Part shown: positions 13,571-23,715 of the stretch, in pieces
Layout: every line of letters starts with the position of its first letter
Position numbering within the stretch: position 1 is the first letter of the stretch
Assembly (NCBI RefSeq): GCF_001194135.2
Contig: NC_068991.1
Location: 1,487,121-1,551,120 of the forward strand
From: Octopus bimaculoides
Taxonomy: Eukaryota
DNA length: 64,000 nt
Direction of reading: 5' to 3'
Notes under the pieces: generated by a model
What the model was told of the DNA's origin: nothing
Seen by the model: the letters and a program-made list of their open reading frames with translations, nothing else
Databases searched by the model: none
Position numbers and translations under genes: made by a program

Positions 13571-13955
13571 GAAATAATGCATTTCTAAATCTCTCAGAGA
13601 TAAATATACAATAGCAGCACGATAAAGTGATGTTTTGTTGCTAACTTAATGTGGCAGTCCCATGAAAGGGAAGACTGCTACTGTTATTTAGCCCCAGGAA
13701 ACATCGTTTCCACTTGGCTATGTGACACAAACGTTCTGTGTCCTTAACTTTTCAAACAGGGAGGATAATCACCTCCACCCAGCAAAGCCAGCATCCAGAG
13801 ACTAGTTTCAGAGTTATTACTCTTCATCAGTCTGGAGTAGCTTGGCTTGCTAGCTGTCGATGTTTATTCGCCTTTGAAAAGTTATAGAATTTCAAGTGAA
13901 ATAAATTCACTGATCTACAAAATTAGAAATACTGCATTTCTAAATGTCTCAGAGA
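13571..13955 (-). mobile_element. Hammerhead-containing non-autonomous retroelement (retrozyme-like or solo Penelope pLTR)
   Basis: 30-bp direct repeats at 13571-13600 and 13926-13955 (28/30 identical) bracket a non-coding, hairpin-rich interior that contains the hammerhead. Confidence 0.65.
13794..13836 (-). ncRNA. Minimal type I hammerhead ribozyme
   Basis: Minus strand reads UCCAGA-CUGAUGA-AGAGU-AAUA-ACUCU-GAA-ACUAGU-C-UCUGGA. Stem I is 6 bp (UCCAGA/UCUGGA), the core is an exact CUGAUGA, and stem II is 5 bp with a tetraloop. GAAA is followed by a palindromic ACUAGU stem III and a GUC cleavage triplet. Predicted cut between 13800 and 13799. Confidence 0.9.
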
Positions 13956-13977
13956 GACTTGCGTAATTTAGACATAT

Positions 13978-14178
13978 TCTTTTCTACTCTCGGTAAAAAG
14001 GCCCGAAATTCTGTGGGGGGAGAGCCAGTCGATTACATCGACCCCAGTACGCAACTCGCACTTAATTTATCGACCCCAAAAGGATGAAAGGCAAAGTTGA
14101 ACTCGGAACGTAAAGACAGATGAAATACCGCTAGGTATTTCGCCCAGTGTACTTACAATTCTGCCAGCTCACCGCCTT
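13978..14178 (-). mobile_element. SINE family A copy
   Basis: CGATTACATCGACCCCAGT...ATCGACCCCAAAAGGATGAAAGGCAAAGT...CTGCCAGCTCACCGCC. Confidence 0.85.
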
Positions 14179-14331
14179 TAGACGGCAATATATTCACCAC
14201 GCCCTGAATATATATATGTATGTATATGCGTGTAGTAGTAGTAGTAGTAGTAGTAACAACAACAATAATAATAGATTACACGAAAGACATGAAAGAGTTA
14301 TTCCTGTGTTTATATCGAGGTACAGGAAGTC

Positions 14332-14512
14332 TTCAAATTTTCCAACGAAAAAAGTGGAATGGAATGACATGAAGCGAAATAAAATAAAGTAAAATATCAG
14401 ACGTTTTTGCATTTCACAATTTTTCGTCTCCTGCTTCAGGATGCTTCAATTTCTTTTTTTTTTTACTTTATTTCATTCCGTTTCATTTCATATCCTTGGA
14501 GAATTTTTCGAA
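14332..14512. repeat. Imperfect inverted repeat (fold-back/MITE-like)
   Basis: Left arm TTCAAATTTTCCAACGA...GGAATG...AATAAAGTAAAA versus right arm TTTTACTTTATTTCATTCC...TCCTTGGAGAATTTTTCGAA. Confidence 0.55.
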
Positions 14513-15466
14513 TGAGATAGCAATTTAACCGAATCGCCTGTTTAATTCTGCTCTTGAATATATATTGAATATATACATATATATATGTATGTACGCATGT
14601 ATCTATCCATCTATATATATGTGTATGTATGTATATTTGAAAGCATTCCCAACGATGGTATAAAAACAAGTTTATAACAATCTAAAACAAGTTACATATT
14701 GGCGTGCGTATGTGTGCGCTTATGCTTGTGTGTGTGTATATATATTACTGATAATGTCTTGGAATTTTCGCTAGTTGCCTGAATTATTGAAACTGTAATA
14801 TGTGAGATGAGTGTGTGTCACGGGGGGGGGATCACATCGGATTGGATTGTCATTCTTCCCGTTGAAGAAGCTAGTTATACTAGTTACAATGGGAGGGGCT
14901 AATCTTAAAGAAATTAATAATAATCATGATTAATTAGTAAGTATTTAGCTATTTAAATGATATAGCTTGTGGTATTTACTGACGTCCGTTCACAAATTTC
15001 GGTGGGACCGATTTTGCGTTTCATTCTTCGACGATTGATGGAGTAAGAAAAATATGAGACACGAGTGAAGATTTATATATTGGAAACTATTCTGCGTCCC
15101 CACGCGATTCAAGAATTATCTCCGGCGTACAAGTATTTCTTTATATATCACAACATACTGAACTAGAGGGAGAAAGAGAAAGAGAGAGAGAAAGAGAGGG
15201 AGGGAGGGAGAAGAAGAGAGAAACGGACAGCCTCAGACAGACTGAAAGTGAAAGTGAAATGTGCAAACGGCATAGAATATGTACTTGGATCGATTCATTC
15301 GACTAAAACCATTCTTCAAGGCGGTGCCCAAGCGTTATCGCTGTTTAATGATTGAAACAAGTATAAGCTAGAATGATGTGTGTGTGTTGTGTGTGTGCGT
15401 ATATATTTTGTTTTCTTAGGAAAAACATTACACCAATAATAATCATAATAATTTTATTTTATTTAT

Positions 15467-15645
15467 TTGTTTCAGTCATTTGACTGCGGCTATGCTGGAG
15501 CATCGCCTTTAGTCGAGCAAATCGATCCCATGACTTATTCTTTGTAAACCTAGTACTTATTCTATCGGTCCTTTTGCCGAACCGCTAAGTTACGGGGACG
15601 TAAACACACCAGCAGTGGTTGTCAAACAATGTTAGGCGCACAAAC

Positions 15646-15688
<43 letters not shown>

Positions 15689-15837
15689 ACGGACTTCTTT
15701 CAGTTTCCGTCTACCAAATCTACGCACAAGGCTTTGGTCGGCCCGAGACTACAGAAGAAGACATTTGCCCAAGGTGCCACGCAGTGGGACCGAACTAGGA
15801 AGTTGGTAAGCAAGCTACTTACCACACAGCCACTCCT
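15467..15837 (-). mobile_element. SINE family B (CORE-like, GGCAAGTGTCTTC body), near full length
   Basis: Plus strand reads TTGTTTCAGTCATTTGACTGCGG...CCGAACCGCTAAGTTACGGGGACG...(TA)n(CA)n...CAGTTTCCGTCTACCAAAT...GCCCAAGGTGCCACGCAGTGGGAC...TTACCACACAGCCAC, i.e. a tRNA-like head on the minus strand. Confidence 0.9.
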
Positions 15838-15899
15838 TTCTAATGATTGAAACAAATAAAAGGTAGAATGATATGTATGTATGTGTGTGTGTGTTGCCT

Positions 15900-16037
15900 G
15901 AAATATTGGGGGACGGGACTAATCGATTACATCGACACCACTACTCAACTGGTACTTGTCTTATCGAACCCCAAAGCATTAAAGGCAAAGTCAACCACGG
16001 CAGAATTCGAACTCAGAACGTAAGGACGGACGAAATG
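15900..16037 (-). mobile_element. SINE family A partial copy
   Basis: Same body motifs; head truncated. Confidence 0.75.
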
Positions 16038-16382
16038 ATAAGAATACACAAAGCTATTTCGTTGTTGCTCGCAGCCCTTTCGGGGACCCGCGATTGCCAG
16101 AGGAGAGCCCTTGGAACGAGTTGGTGATCACGTGTCGCTGAAAAAGCAACGAAAGAACTTTGACGGACAAACAACTGGTTGATTGTTTAACCAACAAGTT
16201 ACACAAACGATCGATTACTCAGTTGATTCGATATTTAACCAATTGATTAATGATAAAACAGAAGTGGAATTGAACCTGTTCGTATGTAATCATTATTGAC
16301 GTAACGACTCTCCCAAGACACAACAAAATTTGTTTCACATCACAAATCTTACAGTCCAAATAAAAAAACGAAATATACATAC

Positions 16383-16419
<37 letters not shown>

Positions 16420-16676
16420 AAAATAGAGAGAGAGAGAGAGANNNNNNNNNNNNNNNNNNNNNNNNNNNNNNNNNNNNNNNNNNNNNNNNNNNNNNNNNNN
16501 NNNNNNNNNNNNNNNNNNNNNNNNNNNNNNNNNNNNNNNNNNNNNNNNNNNNNNNNNNNNNNNNNNNNNNNNNNNNNNNNNNNNNNNNNNNNNNNNNNNN
16601 NNNNATAGAGAGAGAGAGAGAAATAGAGAGAGAGAGAGAAATAGAGAGAGAGAGAGAGATAGAGAGAGAGAGAGAA

Positions 16677-16717
<41 letters not shown>

Positions 16718-17504
16718 GAGAGAGAGAAATAGAGAAATAAATATGAAAATCTTTAGATTTTGGTTTAATTAAAATCCTTGGAGGAGAAAAACTCGATTGA
16801 AACTTAGCCACGATGCTGAATTCAATTGGTTAATCATTAATTAACTCGATTTACGCCTATAAGATTGATATACAAACATAAATATATACTTGTATAGACA
16901 CATGCACATACACACACATAAGTTTATCGGTATGTATTTAAATGGGTTTTTTTTTCCCTGAGTGCCATATGGGTTTTAATAATATACATTGATTTTTTAA
17001 TTATTCACATTTTTATTGAAAACTAATTATTTACTAATTTTTGAAAACTATATTTTCCTGCTATGGCATCGGGAAAATTATTCAAAAGATAGTTCGATTT
17101 TTTTTGGATGGGTGAGGTCAATGTATAATTATCTTTTCAATGTAAAATAATTAGGATTGGTTTTAAATTTTGTATATCAGCAACATTTAGTTATTATTTC
17201 AAAAGTGGCGAAATATTTAATCAAATTTACTTTGAAGAATTCATTTGTTCCGAAAAATGATTTTAAATTTTAGAACATTTATCGAGAATTTTGGTGAGTG
17301 AGTGAGTGCGAGAAAGAATATTTAGCTATTGAATTGACACCAGCCGCTGATTGATAATTATTTTATCGATTTCATTAATGGAGGTATGGACTGCAACGTC
17401 GTTTTCGGTAGATTTGAGGACCTGTCAGTGAAGTGAGAACGAAAGCCAAGCCGTTATATTTCAAATATTATCAGAAACAATAATAATAATGGTGTCAAAC
17501 TGCG

Positions 17505-17708
17505 GCCCAGAGCCAGCAGTTCATGAAAGGAGGGAAATTTGATTGCATCGACCCCTAGTGCGTGACTGATACTTATTTTATCGACCCCACCCCAAAGGAT
17601 GAAAGGCAATGTCGACGTTGGGAGAGATTGAACTTAGAAGGTAAAACCGGTAGAAATGCTGTGAATCACTTCGTCCGGCATGCTAACATTTCAGCCAGCT
17701 CACCACCT
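17505..17708 (-). mobile_element. SINE family A copy
   Basis: ATCGACCCC..AAAGGATGAAAGGCAATGTCGAC...CAGCCAGCTCACCACC. Confidence 0.8.
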
Positions 17709-17726
17709 GAGTGATAATAATGATAT

Positions 17727-17762
<36 letters not shown>

Positions 17763-18574
17763 CCTAAATAATAAGCATAATTATAATTTCTCTACTGGTC
17801 ACAAGGCACTATACTCAAGATACGCACGTGATACAGCAATGGGTTACGAATGCTGTCGAGAATGTGAGCACACACACACACACACACACATCTCTACATA
17901 CATACAGCTGCAAAAAACAAGTGTAAGCACATACACACACTGACACACAAACAAACATTATAAATGCCCTCAGATTGTCACATTTGGGGAGAAATGTAAA
18001 TGAATTCTGTGTAAATGGGGAATTACTTAAAGTTAAGACAAAACATAGACATCAAGCGGGAGGAAGTGATGACAGCTGTACAACCGTTAGTGACCGTGAA
18101 AGGCTGTTTGTGAAGAAATGAATTAAGGATGTGGAATGTTTTATGCACGAAAAGCTGAAAGAATAATAGATTTGATTATAAAAGTGGGCGTCCGGAGAAA
18201 TAGAGCATCGTTTGCGAAGTGGGAAGATGATCGGCTTAAATTCTCTGCGAATGCTGTTCGGAATCATTTCTCAATAGATGTTGAATAATGGGTTTTAGGA
18301 GAAACGATATGGTTGCTCTTTGTGGGATTATTATTTCCCAAATAGCGTTTAAGTCCAGAAGGAATGCATCATTTATGATAAGGTTTATTTGAATTATCCT
18401 GTATTGAACAAATATATGAAACCAAAGAATATTGTTTGACCCTGGTTTAAAAAAAACTCTGATGGCAAACCGACTTCAGTTTTTGAGTTGCCATTGGTAC
18501 TTACTAAAGATTAGTACAAAACACCCTCAGTCCATGCATCTTGATTTTAGAGTTTAGTAGTTCTTATGATTAGG

Positions 18575-18611
<37 letters not shown>

Positions 18612-18621
18612 CCTGTATCTA

Positions 18622-18815
18622 CCACTTGTTTCAGTCATTGGACTGCGGTCATGGTGGGGCGTCGTCTGTAAGATTCATTTTTTTTTGTCGTTTGAATCGG
18701 CCCAGTTACTTTTTAATAATGGTATTTATTCTATTGGTCTCTCTTTCCGAACTACTAGGTCACGGGCACGTAAACACTAATACTAGTTATCAAGTGCTGG
18801 TGGTGGACAAACACA
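18622..18815 (-). mobile_element. SINE family B 3' part
   Basis: CTTGTTTCAGTCATTGGACTGCGG...CCGAAC...GGGCACGTAAAC. Confidence 0.75.
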
Positions 18816-19072
18816 GACACAAAAAACCTACCCCATGTTTGTGTGTGCATGTATATGTGTGTGAGCGTGTGTGCATATGTTATTGACTGAAATTAAACTC
18901 TGAATATTTTACTGCTATAAAAAATGTGGCAAGCATTTCCATCTCCCAGTGCTTCTTTCACAGATACTTCGTCAGTCATAAAGTCCCACGCAGTTATGTT
19001 ATTCTGCCAGTGTGTAATATAGCAAAGCATTTCGCTTCAATTCATGACTGCAGTTAACCACAAAGATATGCA

Positions 19073-19121
<49 letters not shown>

Positions 19122-19259
19122 GCTTGTTTAGCTATGTGTGATTCTAATCGTTTCAACACTAAATACGACTCCACCAAAGTATATTTTGTATACAAGTTAT
19201 TACGCAAGAACTGAAATTTCTGCTTCTCTGTTACTTAATATGTTTATGAGCCATGCCGT

Positions 19260-20400
19260 GAGATTCTTTGGCCCATCCTAAGGCAGTGCCTTCTCAACCG
19301 TGTGTACTTAGGTTGAGCTAATTATTTTTCATGTGTTCTTTTTTAAGTAAATTGTATCTCACTGAAATTGTGCTTTGTATATTTATTCGGCTTAAATCAA
19401 TTTTTAATACGCTCTTTACCACCTCCTTATTTTATATATCATTGTCTTGTTTATCCCCAGATAAACAAGTATTTACAAGTATTTACAGCCTTCATTCGGA
19501 CCTTTGTCATCAGTAACTTCCTCACCCACCTCATATACTTCTCAATTTTTTTTCTTTCATTTCTATAGATAGTATTCTGTCAATTTTTAATACTCCGAGA
19601 CAAACTTCTTCCTTAAATTACAGTTACCCTCCTTATAAGTTCCTTATATTTATTTAATTTTGCAAATAATTTTCCAGAAACGTTGAATTCTGCTGGGATT
19701 GACATATCTGTGGTCAGACATACTAAAATCTCAAAGAACGGTGATGCTTTTAGTTTCTACTGTTTAGCAGGTTCATGAGCAGCAGCAGCAGTAGTATCAT
19801 CATTATCTTCATTATGGACATCTTAGTTTTAACAGTTCATACTCCACCGCCAGGGGCGCCCGCCTCTCTCTTCCTGAAGTATATGAAGCATCACCTTTCA
19901 CACGTGTGGGAAGGTGCTTGTATGCCACACCTGTTATTCTGTGAGACTTGTTGGTTTTGGCATTAATTTCTTTTCCGCTAACAAAGAATATGTGAATGGG
20001 TTCTGGGTGGTGTTTGCGGTGAATCTTGGCAAACTTGTAAACAAATATTGGAGATTAGCAAATAATGTGTGAAAATGACTTAACATTGTGTACAGACTTT
20101 AATACTGCTATTACCTAAGACGTGCCGATGTATATTCTGAGCGATAATCTATCAGTTGTTTTCATATCATCTTCATATAACATGATTTGAGATTTACATG
20201 TGATGCCTTTCTTATTTTAAAGAGAATCAGTTACATCTTGGAAACTCGCATAAATATTCCAGAATCTGGTTTTTGGAACGTGTCTCTATCTATACATCTA
20301 CGTAATTTGTAGATGTCTTTGCAAAAGACATTGGTATCATTCCAATTGTACTGGTTATACATAAGATAATAAACGTAATTCTTAAACACGTTGATGTCTT
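19260..20400 (-). mobile_element. Highly decayed Dong/R4-type LINE RT fragment, interrupted
   Basis: LYEDDMK (~20.14 kb) resembles LYMDDLK. LGVLKIDRILSIEMKEK/EKYMRWVRKLLMTK..KAVNT (~19.6-19.47 kb) resembles YLGILEADxIKxxEMKEKIxKEYxRRxRKLLxTKL. YIK*GGGK resembles LYxxRKEGGRG. Confidence 0.55.
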
Positions 20401-20495
20401 TTAATTAAGAGATTAGTGACTGTAATCCGTTTTCAACTCACTTCTGCGTAACATTGTTATTTTAGTAATACTATCTTTGTTCTTTATCTTTTGCC

Positions 20496-20895
20496 TGTTT
20501 CAGTCATTAAAGTATGGCCATGCTGGGGCACCGCCTTCAAGAAATCTTAGTTGAATGAATCAACGCCAGTATGTTTTTATTTAAGCCTGGAATTTATAAT
20601 ATCGGTTCTCTTGTCGAATTGTTAAGTTACGAGAAGATAAAGACGCCAACACAGGTTGTGAATCAGTGGTGGAGGACAAACACAGTCACTTGGAAAACAC
20701 ACACACAGAGATAGATAGATAGATAGATCTACGCGACGGGTTTCTTTCAGTTTCTGTCTACCAAATCCCCTCACAAGGCTTTGGTCGGTCCGATGCTATG
20801 GCTGAAGACCTGCCCAACGTGCCACACAATAGAACTGAACTCGGAAATATGTGGATGGGAAGTAAGATTCTTACCACATAGCCATGCATGCGCCT
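20496..20895 (-). mobile_element. SINE family B copy
   Basis: TGTTTCAGTCATT...CAGTTTCTGTCTACCAAATCCCCTCACAAGGCTTTGGTCGG...TTACCACATAGCCATG. Confidence 0.85.
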
Positions 20896-22572
20896 TTGGT
20901 AATTATTAGTTCACAATCATGTTTGTTGATGCAGACGTGGCATAGGCGAATGGCTCCAGATTCGATCCCATTGTATGGTATCCTGGTTAAGTTTTACCAC
21001 GGCCTCTGGCCGCACAAAACTTTGTGAATGAAAGTGGATACATTGAAATAGCGTAGATGTCAATCGTATTGACAGTTTCTCACACTGTGTCATGTTGATG
21101 AGACTTGATTATCAAGTTTAAGTTACACGTGTCATTGGAATTGTTCAGCCGAGAAAATGGTAATTCAACTTGAAGGTCTTTTTGGTTAACCGAACGACTG
21201 AACACACATCGTCCACACTAACAGAGATCCGTTCACTATTGTTTTTTCTGTCATTAAAATGACATCAGTTTTATTCTGTGATATCTCAGGAAATGTCTTT
21301 GATACTGAAAATTTATATCTTTTAAAAAATAACTAATAATTATTATTCGCCAATATTTTGCAACATTTGGGTACTCGATTATTTTTAACGGTCATTTTGG
21401 GATCAGTAAAATAACGTATCGATCAATTACTGCTATTTATTTAATCAAATATTTTTTGATACAATACCTTTCCTTGTGACAATATTAGAAATCGTATTTA
21501 ATATTGGGGTATTAGTGGAATCGATAGTGTATCGAATTAAAAACATGTTGATTTGCTGGACACATTTCAAGGGAAATTGACAACTGTCCATCTAAGCAAG
21601 CCTTCCTTCTCCACTGAAATAGCCACTGAATTTGACCAAGGCAACTTAGCACCAGTGTCATCCCTTGCATTGCTGTTAAAAGATTCGCAGCAGATACCAC
21701 AACGGGTCCTCTGACAATTCCATCAATCAATCATCCAAGATTTGTATTTTTGTATCGAACGCGAAATGATGAAAAGTAAAATTGAGCTAAGTGGGATTTG
21801 AACTCGGAGTGAGAAATTCCAAAGTAAATACCTCGATACATTCTACCCAATGTTGAAACGGTTTCATGAATTCGCATTTAAAGTAAGTAGAAATCTATAG
21901 AAGCGAAAAAAAAAGATATCAGCTATTTGCTTTCTGTCTGCTTTACAAAAGCGCTCTTTTCTTTTTTTGCAAATTAATTAAAATTTTCAAAATATTTAAT
22001 AGTTGTTGATGATGATGATGATAGGGCTGTTCACGGACGTTTTAATGTTGGTTACTGTTGTCGTTGATGACGATGTTAATGACGGTGATGTTGTTACTGT
22101 TGTTTACGTCGATGATGATGATCTTGTTGTTGGCAGTAATGTTGCTGCCTTTTATGTTCTTGTAGTTGTTTAAAAAAAATGAAACCAAAATAAGAAAGAA
22201 GCTAATTTCTGTAGATATTTTCATCCAAAGACAATAATTAAGAGATAAGCAGCTGGCTATAAATCAGTTAAATTATTGTTACTCAAGACGTCTGCGAAAT
22301 AAAAATGTTTTAAATGAACCAAATAAAATATTTGCAGCTTTCCTAAATGAAACGCTATTTTCTGATGAATTAGTTTATTCATTTCTAAGTCACAATTTCT
22401 TTCTCCAATATATTAACAAAGAAAAACAGATTTAATAGAAAATGTCGTATGATGATAGTTAAAATGTTAACAACTCCTTCTGAAGAATAGACATTAATTG
22501 ACATGAATATGGGTATCTATAATATATATCTATAAATGTGAGTAAGGTGTGTTTCTGTGTGTATGTCCGCGA

Positions 22573-22630
<58 letters not shown>

Positions 22631-23509
22631 GTGTGTGTGTGTGTTTGTATATCAGTAAGTCAACTGTTAATTTCTTAATTTGTTCTTGCAGTACATTTTT
22701 ATAGTTTTACAACCTGATTGCTTTTATAACTATTTCCAGAACAAATTTATACATAAGCAATCATACACACTCAAATTCACACACACTTATGAACGAGTGC
22801 ACAATTTTCTGCACATGTAATATATACACACATGTATTTATAGTTATAATATCCACACACACACATTAAAAGTCTCCCGTGTGTTTAGTTTAATATTTAT
22901 GAAGCTTTTGTTCTCTAATAAATATTTTTGCAATTTCTTGGTAATATTGAAGCACAAAAGTTTATTGACTTTGCCAATACTATCAGCTCGAAGTATTGGC
23001 GCTGGCATCTATTTGTACCATTTCATAGTAACGGGGTAAATAGTATTGATTCTTTGTTAGTGGTAACGTTACCACTTATTGCTCGATAAGATTGTTTCCC
23101 TAATTTATCGTCTAGCTTTCTGGAGAATATTCCATGAGTTGCATACATCGTCTATCAATTCTTTAAATGGCTTCAGTCGTAGGATTGCAGCCATGCGAGA
23201 GCACTGCCTTTATTTTCTTTCCGTTTTCCAGTAACTTTATTCGACTAAAATTTCTCCCTTTCGATGTTCAAGAGAGCTGAGACGTAGAGTTTTGCAAGTA
23301 ATTTTGCAAGCGCATAGCAACTTAGCGAGAAAGTGTCGCTGTTGTTTGACAGATGTAAGAAAGTTACAAGAGTTACATCTTCCACTATTTCTCTCTCAAA
23401 CAAATCATACGACATCAGCTGTTTATATTCATGGGATTTTTGCCCTGAGTTTTTTTTTTTGTGATAATGAAATTTTTGTACTACTTTTGTATTATATTGC
23501 TCTCAAGTT

Positions 23510-23715
23510 TTGGCACAAGACCAGCAATTTTAATGGAAGAAGGTAGTCGATTACAACATTATGACAACTCTATTCCTAAACTGGTACCTATTTTATCGCC
23601 CCCGGAATGATGAAAGGCAAAGTCGACCTCGGCGGAATTTGAACTCAGTAACGAGAGACGAAAAGCCGCAAAGTATTTTGTCCAGCGTGCTAATGATTCT
23701 GCCAGCTCGCTGCCT
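23510..23715 (-). mobile_element. SINE family A copy
   Basis: GGAATGATGAAAGGCAAAGTCGACCTCGGCGGAATTTGAACTCAG...CTGCCAGCTCGCTGCC. Confidence 0.85.

Noticed and set aside
18050-18390. Possible promoter or coding relic (GCGGGAGGAAGTG; IIKVGVRRNRASFAKWEDD)
   Set aside because: No assignable family or downstream gene; chance cannot be excluded.
19505-19515. Other CTGANGA hammerhead cores (19.5 kb -, 18.97 kb -, 22.36 kb +, 38.69 kb +, 44.45 kb +, 56.28 kb +)
   Set aside because: None has paired stems I and II with a correctly placed GAAA and NUH. The 19.5-kb one is part of the LINE reading frame.
19845-19862. CTCF-like motif CCGCCAGGGGCGC (and TGCCACCAGTGGTGGCA at 48644-48660)
   Set aside because: Both deviate from consensus spacing, and single motif matches are uninformative without binding data.
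21540-21730. Open frames on both strands in unique-looking sequence
   Set aside because: No recognisable domain and no convincing acceptor/donor pair.
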